A DNA stretch of 63,067 nt, taken from contig CAZYIS010000003.1 in NCBI GenBank assembly GCA_964647695.1, positions 24,848 to 87,914 of the forward strand, read 5' to 3'. Each line of letters begins with the position of its first letter. The first letter of the stretch is position 1. Below the pieces are notes generated by a model. It made no database searches. It saw nothing but the letters and a program-made list of their open reading frames with translations, and had not been told where the DNA came from. Made by a program: the position numbers and the translations under genes. Shown piece by piece: positions 1-9,654 of this stretch. This DNA is from Candidatus Woesearchaeota archaeon (GTDB taxonomy: Archaea > Nanobdellota > Nanobdellia > Pacearchaeales > GW2011-AR1).

Positions 1-45
1 AAACAAAACATATAAAAAACCATTTACCCTTGCTAAATTAACAAA

Positions 46-336
46 ATGGAAGTGATGGATCCAACTGTTATTGCAGGAATTCTTGGAGGACTTGGAGGTT
101 TAACCCGAGGAGTAGTCGGTTTGCTCAAAGCCCTGTCTTTGCGTAGAAAAATAATTTGGACCTACTATGGAATTACTGTGCTCATAGCCATAATCATAGG
201 AATGTTTGCCGGAATCATATTTAATTTTGATTATCGCCTTTCTCTGCTTGCAGGCTATGCTGGAACCGACATATTAGAAGGAATCTACAAATCCTTTGCC
301 GTGCAGAAGGTCTATGTTCAAAATAATAAGAAATAA
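46..336 (+). CDS. small membrane protein, function unknown
   Basis: 96-aa ORF. Gly-rich N-terminus (GILGGLGGLTRGVVGLL) followed by a strongly hydrophobic helix (ITVLIAIIIGMFAGIIF). Its stop lies 2 nt before the ATG of the next ORF (339). Confidence 0.5.
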   Translation: MEVMDPTVIAGILGGLGGLTRGVVGLLKALSLRRKIIWTYYGITVLIAIIIGMFAGIIFNFDYRLSLLAGYAGTDILEGIYKSFAVQKVYVQNNKK

Positions 337-338
337 TC

Positions 339-554
339 ATGGCAAAAACCACCATCACCCTAACTCTAGATACAAAAGTAAAGAATAAACTCGATTCTAG
401 AGCTAAAAAAGAACTTTTGAGTGTTGAAGAACTCATTGAAGACATATTGCGAAGATCCGTTCTATCCTATAAGGGCAATTCAACAGCCGATAAAGTGGAT
501 GATAAATTTCTAACCTTCTTTTCTAGAAAACAAAGTAAAACCCTGAGAAAATAA
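339..554 (+). CDS. ribbon-helix-helix (CopG/Arc-like) DNA-binding protein
   Basis: 71 aa. N-terminal beta-strand-like TTITLTLDTKVKNKL followed by helical LSVEELIEDILRRSV, the usual RHH layout. Its last 12 codons are duplicated at 1017-1056. Confidence 0.55.
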   Translation: MAKTTITLTLDTKVKNKLDSRAKKELLSVEELIEDILRRSVLSYKGNSTADKVDDKFLTFFSRKQSKTLRK

Positions 555-908
555 TTATACTATTTCAGAAATATTGCTAGTAATCATTCCCAAGGTGTTA
601 TATTTTAATCTAGACTCTTCAGCCAAACTTAAAACCAAAGGAAGGCCTGCCTTAACTGGAAGTCCAAGTTTAATTAAAAGTTCATCATATTTTTTCTTAG
701 ATTGCGGATCAGGTACAGCTAATAAATCATCTAATAAACCTAAGTTTTCTCTATTCATCGCTACTATTATTTCAATCTTTGCGCCTTCAATGCTAGGTCT
801 TCCATGAAAATTACCACTTGAGTCGATACCATATCTAGAACCACTTTTTGTTACAAATGTTTTTCCAAAATATTGACTCAAATCTCTAGGGTTAAATGCA
901 TTATCCAT
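555..908 (-). CDS. hypothetical protein
   Basis: 117-aa ORF. Its stop abuts the stop of the convergent RHH gene (554/555). No motif recognised. Confidence 0.45.
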   Translation of the reverse strand: MDNAFNPRDLSQYFGKTFVTKSGSRYGIDSSGNFHGRPSIEGAKIEIIVAMNRENLGLLDDLLAVPDPQSKKKYDELLIKLGLPVKAGLPLVLSLAEESRLKYNTLGMITSNISEIV

Positions 909-941
909 ACCCTAAACTGTTTTTTAGAGCATATATAAACC

Positions 942-1056
942 TTATTCAAATAACCTAGTATAATTATCAAAAATCTGCTTTTTCACTTTTTCAATGCTCA
1001 ATTTCTTAATTTCGGCTATCTTTTCTAGAAAGCAAAGTAAAACTCTGAGAAAATAA
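942..1056. repeat. chimeric junction made of duplicated 3' ends of the TatD gene (minus sense) and the RHH gene (plus sense)
   Basis: In minus sense, 942-1025 re-encodes EKIAEIKKLSIEKVKKQIFDNYTRLFE*. The TatD C-terminus at 2296-2382 reads EKIAEIKKLSIEKVKKQIFENYSRLFSK*. Segments 961-1025 and 2318-2382 differ at about 4 of 65 nt. In plus sense, 1017-1056 repeats 515-554 (FSRKQSKTLRK*) with only synonymous differences. The fragments meet in a shared tcttttc string. Confidence 0.8.
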
Positions 1057-1070
1057 CAAGAAAATGGTTT

Positions 1071-1841
1071 TTATAAGCAAGGCATTAATAAAATATCACT
1101 TTTTGTTCCAGGTTTAACTTTTACAGCAAATAAGCCATATCCTCTTTTTTCGTCAGGTCCAATCATCAGTACATCGAATCCTGTATTTGTTAAAGTTCTT
1201 TTCATTTCTTTGTAAGTATATGCTGCTTGATATGACATAATCGCATTGCCTTTTGGACCCAAAGATTCTAAAAATTCTATCGCTTTTTCTCGCGATTTTC
1301 TTCTTTTCTCTTGTATTTCAGTTGCTAATTTTTCAAAATCGGGATTTTTTATACAAAGTTCATTATAGAACCTGTCTCTACCAAGATCCCAACCGATAAG
1401 ACCTCCCTCGTGTTTCAAGGACGAATTAATTTGTTTCAGGGCAGAACGCAAGTCATCAAAATGATGAAATGAATCCTTAACTACAACTCTGTCTAAATCT
1501 TTGTGTCTTTTTGAAAGAGAATAGACACTACCTACTTGATAAGTAAGATTTGGTGCTGAAAATCTTTTTTTGGCTTCACTAATTGCTATGGGATCAACAT
1601 CCTCAGCGATAACTTCTGTTTTATCTAGTCTTCTTGCCACATGATACGCTAAACCGCCATCGCCGCATCCAACTTCAACTAATTTTGAGATATTTCCATG
1701 AGAAGAAAGCATTTTTATCTCTTCAGCTCTATCTTGATAAAAAATATCAATATCTTTTGCAAGAGATAATGCTGCGTCCCTATAAATAGCATCCAATATA
1801 GGATCTGCTAATTCTGGTTGTCTCTTAGGAACATTTTTCAT
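1071..1841 (-). CDS. class I SAM-dependent methyltransferase
   Basis: Motif I VEVGCGDGGLAYHV, acidic motif II VIAEDVD, post-motif LKHEGGLI. 256 aa. A TATA-like atttaaat sits about 25 nt upstream of the ATG on the minus strand. Confidence 0.8.
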   Translation of the reverse strand: MKNVPKRQPELADPILDAIYRDAALSLAKDIDIFYQDRAEEIKMLSSHGNISKLVEVGCGDGGLAYHVARRLDKTEVIAEDVDPIAISEAKKRFSAPNLTYQVGSVYSLSKRHKDLDRVVVKDSFHHFDDLRSALKQINSSLKHEGGLIGWDLGRDRFYNELCIKNPDFEKLATEIQEKRRKSREKAIEFLESLGPKGNAIMSYQAAYTYKEMKRTLTNTGFDVLMIGPDEKRGYGLFAVKVKPGTKSDILLMPCL

Positions 1842-1900
1842 TATGAAAAAGACCTGGTTTGATATTTAAATGTATCTAAATAGTAGTAACAATGGTAATG

Positions 1901-1908
1901 TTTAAATA
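1901..1908 (+). promoter_or_regulatory. archaeal TATA-box-like element for the ORF at 1938
   Basis: tttaaata lies 30 nt upstream of the ATG, which implies a leaderless or near-leaderless transcript. The string tttaaatagttat recurs at 14082-14094. Confidence 0.4.
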
Positions 1909-1937
1909 GTTATATTTATCAAAAATAGAGAAGTAAA

Positions 1938-2264
1938 ATGGAATCAACAATCAGCACGATAGTTAAAAATTATGAGATACCTGGATTTGGAAATATTCAT
2001 ATATGTAGAACAGATGATCAAAAGAGAGGTCCATTTTATGCAAGTCATGATTATACCTCTGGCAGTATAGCTTGTTCGTATCAATTCGCCCAAAGTAAAA
2101 GTGAAGAAGAAACAATTCAACAAGCTAGTTTACAAGTTCATGAAAGTTTACAAGAAACAAAAAATAGATTAGAAACAAAACTTACAAATGTTAACTCCTC
2201 TCTAAAAAAGATGACTGAAAATGTTGGTAAGAAATTATTAAGTGACTTTGAAGTTAAAAATTAG
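1938..2264 (+). CDS. hypothetical protein
   Basis: 108-aa ORF with a TATA-like box upstream and a predicted helical C-terminal half. No motif recognised. Confidence 0.5.
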   Translation: MESTISTIVKNYEIPGFGNIHICRTDDQKRGPFYASHDYTSGSIACSYQFAQSKSEEETIQQASLQVHESLQETKNRLETKLTNVNSSLKKMTENVGKKLLSDFEVKN

Positions 2265-2295
2265 TATTCTATAAAAGTTCTAAAAAACCACTCGA

Positions 2296-3069
2296 TTATT
2301 TACTAAACAATCTACTATAATTCTCAAAAATCTGTTTTTTCACTTTTTCAATGCTCAATTTCTTAATTTCAGCAATCTTTTCATAACTTGCGATGACATT
2401 GGCAGGTTCATTGGGCCATTTCTTATCCGGATGTAAATATGGACTGTCAGTTTCACATAATAATTGTTCTATAGGATGTTCTCCGATTATTTTCTGAAAG
2501 TGTTCGCTGTTCTTAACCGATGTAGGAATGCTCAAAGACCATTTATTTTCAATTATTCTTTTTACCAAAGAAAATTTACCCGAAAAACAGTGCATTATTA
2601 CTTTCTTTGCATTATTTTTTTCCAGAATATCTATGCACTCTATTTCTGCCTTTCGAGAATGAATAATTATGGGCACATCCAACTCAATAGACAATTTAAC
2701 CAACTTATCAAATATTTTCTTTTGATATTCATGATTTTCCAAATCTTCTTTGAAATCAATTCCAACTTCCCCTATGGCTGAAACAGATTTCTTATTTTTT
2801 CTTATGAATTCAATAATATTATCAATTTCTTTTTCATCCAATTTTATGGCTTCAATAGGGTAAAGTCCTAGTGCTGCTTTAACACTCTTAAAATTTTTAG
2901 CCAATTCAAGTGCCTTTTCATTGGTTTCTTGGGTTACTCCCTGAGCCACCATTATTTTTACATCATTCTTTTCCGCATTTTCAACTATTTCATCTATATT
3001 TTCATAGCGATCTATATGACAATGTACATCAATGAAACATTCTTTATTTTTCATACTGAGAATTGACAA
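2296..3069 (-). CDS. tatD: TatD-family metal-dependent hydrolase (DNase)
   Basis: Full TatD motif set read in order: FIDVHCHID, EVGIDF, IIHSR, IMHCFSG, ETDSPYL. 257 aa. Confidence 0.9.
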   Translation of the reverse strand: MSILSMKNKECFIDVHCHIDRYENIDEIVENAEKNDVKIMVAQGVTQETNEKALELAKNFKSVKAALGLYPIEAIKLDEKEIDNIIEFIRKNKKSVSAIGEVGIDFKEDLENHEYQKKIFDKLVKLSIELDVPIIIHSRKAEIECIDILEKNNAKKVIMHCFSGKFSLVKRIIENKWSLSIPTSVKNSEHFQKIIGEHPIEQLLCETDSPYLHPDKKWPNEPANVIASYEKIAEIKKLSIEKVKKQIFENYSRLFSK

Positions 3070-3088
3070 ATAAGATATATAAGATTAA

Positions 3089-3502
3089 CTAAATTCCTAC
3101 CCTTTGTCCGTCTTCAATTATTAATCTCGTTACGCAATCAGCCCTGCCTGAATCTTCATTGAATAATCTATATTTCCCCACCCAAATTCCATTTTGATTT
3201 ACAAAATTATAATTGACTAGATCGTTTCTTTCTGCGTCCCTATATTTTTTATCGAAAACTAAACTGTTTTCATTCATTCTACCAGTAATATTTGATTCTC
3301 CCCAGGCATCAATTAATCTCCCATGAATTATATCTCCAGTTGATGGATCGTATCTAAAGAAACCTCCGAATATTGTTGATCTTATATCCGGTAGCTGAGA
3401 AAGCCAACCAGTAATTGAATGAATTTCTAACCTTCTAAGTTCAGCATCTGCTGGAGGCACAAGTAAATAACTTTCTGGAATTTCTATAAGGTGATCAAAC
3501 AT
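3089..3502 (-). CDS. hypothetical protein
   Basis: 137-aa ORF with no motif recognised. Confidence 0.5.
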   Translation of the reverse strand: MFDHLIEIPESYLLVPPADAELRRLEIHSITGWLSQLPDIRSTIFGGFFRYDPSTGDIIHGRLIDAWGESNITGRMNENSLVFDKKYRDAERNDLVNYNFVNQNGIWVGKYRLFNEDSGRADCVTRLIIEDGQRVGI

Positions 3503-3552
3503 AAAAAATCAATAAAATAACTAAATATAAACTTATTCAATCTAGAGAACTA

Positions 3553-4383
3553 TTATTTCTTAACCGGAGCTTTACCCAAAGGTGTAAATTCTTTCCAAGC
3601 AACTTCAAACATTTGTTCTAGTGCTCTTGCGAAAAATTCAGTTGAAAGCCAAACAGCTACATCATAGTTAGGATGTACAGTCTTATCATCCAATAACATG
3701 AACATTAATTCTTCAGAATCCACAACAGCAAATCTTCCACTCATATTCATTCCACTGGAATCTCTAACTTCTGCAACTCTTGAAAGATCTTTAGCAACTT
3801 TCATATTGTCAGCATTTATAGGTGCAGCAATTCTAATGGTAACTCCTCTTTTCTTAGCCTTATCCAAAGCAGAAGATAACATTTCCATCTTTCTATTAAG
3901 ACCTTCAGCAGTTGTAACGATGGTAATTGTTTTTTCTGCTCCTCTTATCATCATATCCAAATGATTGTACATATTCTGTCTTCCTCTCAATGATCCAGAA
4001 AGATCTGAAGGTTCAACAAACTTAACTCCATTAGTATACAAAGAACTTAATTCATCCATGACCTCATCTTTTCTTAATTTCTCCAACCTCTTACTTTTTT
4101 CCTGAGCATTTACCACCAAATTCTTTTTTACTCTTTCAATAACCTCTTCAGGTTTAAGAGCGACAAACTTAATTGGTTTGCCAATCTTCATAATCATAAA
4201 TCCTTTCTTTTCCAAAGATTCTAAAATATCATAGGTTCTTGATCTTGGAACATCAGAAATATTACTTAATTCTCCAGCCGTAGAAGTTCCCCTAGAAAGC
4301 AGAGCAGTCCAAACTTTTGCTTCATACAAATTCAAATCAAAGATCTTTCTTAAACGACTTAAAAATTCTTCTTTTATTATCAT
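3553..4383 (-). CDS. TrmB-family transcriptional regulator
   Basis: N-terminal winged HTH typical of TrmB (LYEAKVWTALLSRGTSTAGELSNISDVPRSRTYDILESLEKKGF), a coiled linker and a C-terminal TrmB_C-sized domain. 276 aa. Confidence 0.85.
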   Translation of the reverse strand: MIIKEEFLSRLRKIFDLNLYEAKVWTALLSRGTSTAGELSNISDVPRSRTYDILESLEKKGFMIMKIGKPIKFVALKPEEVIERVKKNLVVNAQEKSKRLEKLRKDEVMDELSSLYTNGVKFVEPSDLSGSLRGRQNMYNHLDMMIRGAEKTITIVTTAEGLNRKMEMLSSALDKAKKRGVTIRIAAPINADNMKVAKDLSRVAEVRDSSGMNMSGRFAVVDSEELMFMLLDDKTVHPNYDVAVWLSTEFFARALEQMFEVAWKEFTPLGKAPVKK

Positions 4384-4472
4384 TATGTTTTGAGTGAAGT
4401 TTTGTCTACCTCTATGATATATTCAATGAAAAAGAGTATTTAAATCTTTTTCCGATTTGTATTCCTTTATAA

Positions 4473-7274
4473 TTACAAAAATTTGACACTAAATTTGAAT
4501 TCTTTTATCTGGAATTCAGTAAAACCTTCCAAAGATTTACCATCGACAAAATCCATCTTTTTCGAATTTGTTCTCTCTCTTAAGAAGTTAATATTTCTAT
4601 TCAAAATCTTTTGCATTTCATCACTGCAGAAAACTTTTAATTCAATTAAATCTCCTTTCTGCATTTCTGCTTTCTTTCTAAGAGCCTGAATATTTCTGCT
4701 AAATTCACGAGCATAACCTTCGGCTTCCAATTCCGGAGTCATCTTAACATCGAGTTCAATTTTATTTTCATCCGATTTCTTAATAACCACAGATTTAACA
4801 TTCAACTGCCTTGCTATAATCTCTAAAATTTCTTTGTCCAATTTTTCTTTAGTGAAAATATTTGCTTCTGCCAAAGGCCACTTCAATCCGATCTTAACCT
4901 TATCTCTTTCAGATAAACCAATCTCGATCATTTTCAATGCAACCATAAATTCTTTTTCCAATTCTTCATCGATTTTCTTTTTATTTGTCTTTGGTAATAA
5001 TGACAAATGAACCGATTCTTCTTTCTGTCCAAGTTTTTGCCACAGTGTTTCAGCTAAAAATGGAGTTATGGGTGCCATTAATTTTATTAATCCGATTAAA
5101 ATTTCGCTGAGTAATTCACGAGTTTCATCAGCTCTGTCTCTTATCATTTTAATATAATCCTTGCTTAGATCATTAACCAAAAATTGTTCCAATGCCTGAA
5201 CTGCTTCTGGAAACTTATAATTATTATAACTTTCAGTCATTTTTTCAACCAATAGGTTATACTTTGAAATAATCCACTTGTCTTCAACTGCTAATTTACT
5301 TTTTACTTTATTTAATTGACCCACAAAATTATTTATGTTAAGCAATACAGTCATAACCCTCTGAATATCCTTAAATTCAGTTTCATTAAATGCGAAATCT
5401 TCTCCCTTGGATAATTTAGCAAAATAATATCTCATCAAGTCTCTACTAAATTTATCAATTACTTCGCTTGGAGCAGTAACATTACCCAAAGATTTTGACA
5501 TTTTCTTTTTACTTATATCAGTTATCATTCCATGCACCAAAATATTATCAAAAGGCTTTTTATCGAATGAAATCTCCGATAATATATACTGAGAATTCCA
5601 CCATCCTCTTACCTGATCCTTTCCTTCTATGTTCAAATCTGCAGGCCAATACTTTTTCATTAGCTTATCATCTTTAGGATACCCTAGAGCAGCCCAACTG
5701 GAAACTCCAGAATCAAACCAAACATCCAGAACTTCAGGAACTCTAGTTAATATCTTCCCAGATTTAGTTTTGATTTTAATATTATCAATTCCAGGTTTAT
5801 GTACATCTATATTCTTTACTCCGGAAAGTTTTTTCAATTCTTCAATACTTCCCACCACAACTTTTTCTCCGCTCTCAGCATCATACCAAATAGGTAATGG
5901 AGTTCCCCAATATCTTTGTCTAGAAACAGGCCAATCATTAATTCCTTCAAGCCAAGCATTCATTCTTTGTTTCATCCATTCAGGATTCCAATTGTTCTTT
6001 TGATTTTCCTTTAATAATTTCTTTTGGATATCCGATATTTTCAAAAACCATTGAGGTTGAGAAATCATAATCAGTGGAGATTTGTCTCTCCAGCATAAAG
6101 GATAATCGTGTTCATAGCTATGTTTGTAAACCAAAAATCCATCCGTATCCAAATCTTTTATAATTTCAAAATCCACTTCTCTAGCCTTCTTTCCAGCATA
6201 TTTGCCTGCTTCTTCAGTCAATATGCCGTCGATTCCTACTGGACAGGGCATATCCAATTTATATTCTCTTCCCACTTCAAAGTCTTCCTTTCCATGGCCC
6301 GGAGCACAATGTACCAATCCAGAACCATCTTCAGTGGTAACATATCTTGCAGATAATATAACTTCATATCCTTTCTTAACTTTTAATTTTAGATTTTTAG
6401 CCAAAGGAGATTCATATTTCCATCCTTCCATCTTCTTTCCTTTGAACTCATCCTTAACGGTGAAACCTCTTTCCATGGTCGCCATTAACTTTGGAACCAA
6501 ATCCTTAGCAATGATCCACTTCTCACCTTCGGCAACTTCAACCTCTTGATAATCCGCATTAGGATTTACCATAACTCCAGTGTTTGCAGGCAATGTCCAA
6601 GGCGTGGTAGTAAATATGATCAAAAAAGTATTTTTCTTGTCCTTCAAAGGAAATTTAACATAAATGGACGGATCTTTTTGTTTTGCATATTCAATTTCAT
6701 TAAATGCTACGGCAGTTCCACATCTAGTACATACATGAACTGGATATTTTCCTAGATATAGAAGATCTTTTTTATCAGCTTCTTTGAATGCATGCCAAAT
6801 TGCTTCCACATATTCATCGGCCAAAGTAATATAGGGATTATCAAAATTCATCCAGACTCCCAAATTAGAAAATTCCTTATTCATATCGCCTATGTGTTTA
6901 GTAGCAAATTCCTTACATTTTTTAATAAAATTATCCACGCCGTATTTCACAATATCTTGTTTACTCTTAGAACCAATTTCTTTCTCAACTTGGAATTCAA
7001 TTGGAACTCCATGAGTGTCATAGCCCGGTCGATCCATTACATCATAACCTTGTAGTCTTCTGGATCTCATGGCTATATCCTTCAGTATTTTATTAAGAGC
7101 AGTACCCATGTGAATATGCCCATTGGCATAAGGGGGTCCATCCATCATATAGAATTTCTTTCCCTTTTCGTTTTGCTTCTTGGATTTTTGATAAATCTTC
7201 TTATCCGTCCAGAATTTCAATATTTCATCTTCTTTTATGCTTGCTTCGCTCATATTACTATTTCTTCTCCCCAT
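4473..7274 (-). CDS. ileS: isoleucyl-tRNA synthetase
   Basis: Class I HIGH motif (PPYANGHIHMGTA), KMSKS motif, and the editing/CP1 and anticodon-binding architecture of IleRS. 933 aa. The start may instead be the ATG at 7253 (MSEAS...), which would remove the 17-nt overlap with the upstream ORF. Confidence 0.97.
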   Translation of the reverse strand: MGRRNSNMSEASIKEDEILKFWTDKKIYQKSKKQNEKGKKFYMMDGPPYANGHIHMGTALNKILKDIAMRSRRLQGYDVMDRPGYDTHGVPIEFQVEKEIGSKSKQDIVKYGVDNFIKKCKEFATKHIGDMNKEFSNLGVWMNFDNPYITLADEYVEAIWHAFKEADKKDLLYLGKYPVHVCTRCGTAVAFNEIEYAKQKDPSIYVKFPLKDKKNTFLIIFTTTPWTLPANTGVMVNPNADYQEVEVAEGEKWIIAKDLVPKLMATMERGFTVKDEFKGKKMEGWKYESPLAKNLKLKVKKGYEVILSARYVTTEDGSGLVHCAPGHGKEDFEVGREYKLDMPCPVGIDGILTEEAGKYAGKKAREVDFEIIKDLDTDGFLVYKHSYEHDYPLCWRDKSPLIMISQPQWFLKISDIQKKLLKENQKNNWNPEWMKQRMNAWLEGINDWPVSRQRYWGTPLPIWYDAESGEKVVVGSIEELKKLSGVKNIDVHKPGIDNIKIKTKSGKILTRVPEVLDVWFDSGVSSWAALGYPKDDKLMKKYWPADLNIEGKDQVRGWWNSQYILSEISFDKKPFDNILVHGMITDISKKKMSKSLGNVTAPSEVIDKFSRDLMRYYFAKLSKGEDFAFNETEFKDIQRVMTVLLNINNFVGQLNKVKSKLAVEDKWIISKYNLLVEKMTESYNNYKFPEAVQALEQFLVNDLSKDYIKMIRDRADETRELLSEILIGLIKLMAPITPFLAETLWQKLGQKEESVHLSLLPKTNKKKIDEELEKEFMVALKMIEIGLSERDKVKIGLKWPLAEANIFTKEKLDKEILEIIARQLNVKSVVIKKSDENKIELDVKMTPELEAEGYAREFSRNIQALRKKAEMQKGDLIELKVFCSDEMQKILNRNINFLRERTNSKKMDFVDGKSLEGFTEFQIKEFKFSVKFL

Positions 7275-7713
7275 CTTTTATATGTTGCGATTGAATAAAT
7301 TTTTCAAATCTCTCAGCAATAGTAACCGCAACTTTTACAGGTTCCGATGGACTAGACGCAACTCCTAATTTTTCCACAGGATTAACCTCATTAACAGGAA
7401 TAGGTCTATAAAATCCATTTCTAATAAAAGAATCTTTCCAATGAAATGGTTCTTCAGAAAATCTTTCTGCTATCTTCTTTGCTCTTTCAGTTTGTTCTTT
7501 CAAACCATAGGCAAAAGGAAAATAACTCTGTGCTGCAGCGAGGGTTAAAGCCGAATAATGAACTCCTTGCTCAATCAAACCATGCGCATAGTTAAATGTT
7601 TTATCAATATTTCCTTGCCAAAGCAATTCCACAAAATACTCTACATTTCTTCCAGGAATATCTCTAGGTCCGTATTCCGGTTCAGGAGCAGTTGGTTTTA
7701 TATTTTTAATCAT
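7258..7713 (-). CDS. hypothetical protein
   Basis: 151-aa ORF immediately upstream of ileS on the same strand. No motif recognised. Confidence 0.5.
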   Translation of the reverse strand: MIKNIKPTAPEPEYGPRDIPGRNVEYFVELLWQGNIDKTFNYAHGLIEQGVHYSALTLAAAQSYFPFAYGLKEQTERAKKIAERFSEEPFHWKDSFIRNGFYRPIPVNEVNPVEKLGVASSPSEPVKVAVTIAERFEKFIQSQHIKDGEKK

Positions 7714-7852
7714 GTTGAGAATTTACAAGTTCAGACAGAGCTAAACTTGATTTTAGATAATAATGGCTATAATAGAGTTACTTTCATTTCCTGTCATTGC
7801 ATTGTTGCCAGCCATAATAAATTCATATAATGAGATTATTTAAACTATTCGA

Positions 7853-8260
7853 CTAGATAAAATCTACTATTTTATTGGGTCTATTTGAGTATACCATTAA
7901 ATAACCTGCAGGATCAAAAAATAGTCTTCTCCGTCTATTCAATTGCAAAGCTAATTTTACCATCTCCTCTCTAGCTTCTGCATCATGAGGAATATATTTC
8001 TGTAAATTTCCATTTAATTCTGTTGCAACATATAATCCTTCTTTAACTAACTTGGTTGCAATTACATCCAACCCTCTTGCAGAAATATTTCCATCCATTT
8101 CAACAGAACACATAGGATTAAATCCAATTCTTTTGACTAGGTTTTGACTCTCTTTAAACCCAAGATCATGATAGGTATATGTTGGTTTTTGGTTTATTTC
8201 CGTATCTTCTATCAATGTTTCTGCTTCAAAACGTTCAGTAGTAACATATAAATAAGCCAT
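7853..8260 (-). CDS. hypothetical protein (downstream of radical SAM gene)
   Basis: 135-aa ORF, 36 nt downstream of the radical SAM gene on the same strand. Confidence 0.5.
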   Translation of the reverse strand: MAYLYVTTERFEAETLIEDTEINQKPTYTYHDLGFKESQNLVKRIGFNPMCSVEMDGNISARGLDVIATKLVKEGLYVATELNGNLQKYIPHDAEAREEMVKLALQLNRRRRLFFDPAGYLMVYSNRPNKIVDFI

Positions 8261-8296
8261 ATAAAATTTAGTTAGGAAAGCATATATAAAACTTTC

Positions 8297-9541
8297 CTAA
8301 GCAAATATGCTCTGTGGAATTGCTATATCTCTTGATGGATTAAATCCAGATTTACTCAAATCCACCGAATTAATAAAAGTTTTATAGCTATCAATTACTC
8401 CATTTTTTTGTAAATAATTTCCAATTTCAGATGCCCTCGATTTATTCTCCAGCAGAGCCACATACACATCACTATTTACTCTTCCTTCAACTTTGAAAGA
8501 AGGATCTATTTTCTTAGCCACGTGATATAATAAGGGTGTTCCTCCGAGTTTAAAACCCTGAAAAAGAGGATCCATTCTTATTTTATGCATTATAAATCCA
8601 AGATGTTGATCTTTAATATTTCCATAGGATCTGTTTCTTCCAACCATAGAGCAACCATGGGCAAAATGCACATCTCCATTATAAAAAACTCTAAAAGTAC
8701 TAACTGGATCAGTTTCCATAACCAAATCACCCAAATCCATAACTTTTTTGGGCATTATTTTCTGAACTAAACTCAAATCTGCTGCTCTACCTACTGGCTC
8801 CAAGACACCAACCGTAATTTTTATTGGACTTCCTTTTTCAGGATAGCAATAAACTGCATCTTCTTCACCCAACTTACCCATTCTTTCACTCCTTCTCTTC
8901 CCAAAGGACTCATTTATAGTTAAAATTATATCATTTACTCTTTTTACCGTATCCCTTATATCTCCTGTTCCAATAAACTGATAATCAAAATTGTTACCTA
9001 GGTCTGCATCAGGATAAACAACTTTCAATGCATCGTTTATATGTCTAAAATTATTCTGGGTTGTAGGATACATACTTCCGGCACTAACACACAGAGCAGG
9101 ATGTGCTTTGGATAAATCGAAACCCTTTTGTTTCAAAAAAGAAATCCATTCTATAGCATCTTCATATTTGTCTGCAAAAATCCCATTGCTAATTATGGTC
9201 GTATCTACATACTTTGAATACTCCACTGCTGCAGCAACCGCGTCCCTATTCTCTTCCCTCAAAGGTTCTCCATCGGTTAAAGCAACCTTCAACACTCCCG
9301 ATCTTACGGCCTGATTCATAGCATTATCAGTAATAGAAGGAGAAGGTAAACCAATTCTATTTGGGCCACAGTTAGCATAGCAATGAAAACATTTTAGATT
9401 ACAATTAGGACCCATCTCCAAAAGCATGGTTCGTAAATCCGTATCATCGAATAATCTAGAATGAATGAACTCATTGGTTCTCATGTGGGAAGGGTTTTTC
9501 CTTGCCTTTTCAACTGCACGTCTTGATTCACTGTCTAGCAT
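8297..9541 (-). CDS. radical SAM domain protein
   Basis: Canonical CX3CX2C cluster motif (GPNCNLKCFHCYANCG) about 45 aa from the N-terminus and a GEPL-type motif (TDGEPL). The C-terminal roughly 200 aa has no SPASM-like Cys cluster. 414 aa. Confidence 0.85.
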   Translation of the reverse strand: MLDSESRRAVEKARKNPSHMRTNEFIHSRLFDDTDLRTMLLEMGPNCNLKCFHCYANCGPNRIGLPSPSITDNAMNQAVRSGVLKVALTDGEPLREENRDAVAAAVEYSKYVDTTIISNGIFADKYEDAIEWISFLKQKGFDLSKAHPALCVSAGSMYPTTQNNFRHINDALKVVYPDADLGNNFDYQFIGTGDIRDTVKRVNDIILTINESFGKRRSERMGKLGEEDAVYCYPEKGSPIKITVGVLEPVGRAADLSLVQKIMPKKVMDLGDLVMETDPVSTFRVFYNGDVHFAHGCSMVGRNRSYGNIKDQHLGFIMHKIRMDPLFQGFKLGGTPLLYHVAKKIDPSFKVEGRVNSDVYVALLENKSRASEIGNYLQKNGVIDSYKTFINSVDLSKSGFNPSRDIAIPQSIFA

Positions 9542-9654
9542 ATATTAAATCAGAATAGGCATCTGAATAGCCATCACCTCAAAAATCCAACTTTATAACC
9601 ATATTTAACCCTTTGTAATAATCTAATTATTATTTAAAAAGAAAGAGTTTACAC

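Noticed and set aside
46-554. Reading the membrane-protein/RHH pair as a toxin-antitoxin module
   Set aside because: The gene order (membrane protein first, RHH second) and the lack of any recognisable toxin fold make this speculative. There is no supporting motif.
5495-7298. Series of plus-strand ORFs of 60-124 aa inside ileS
   Set aside because: They are antisense to a gene with HIGH and KMSKS motifs. They are typical frame shadows, and none has start-site support.
7714-7852. Search for C/D-box sRNA or other ncRNA in this and other longer intergenic gaps
   Set aside because: I found no RUGAUGA/CUGA box pairs or convincing conserved stem-loops by eye. A covariance-model scan would be needed to rule them out.
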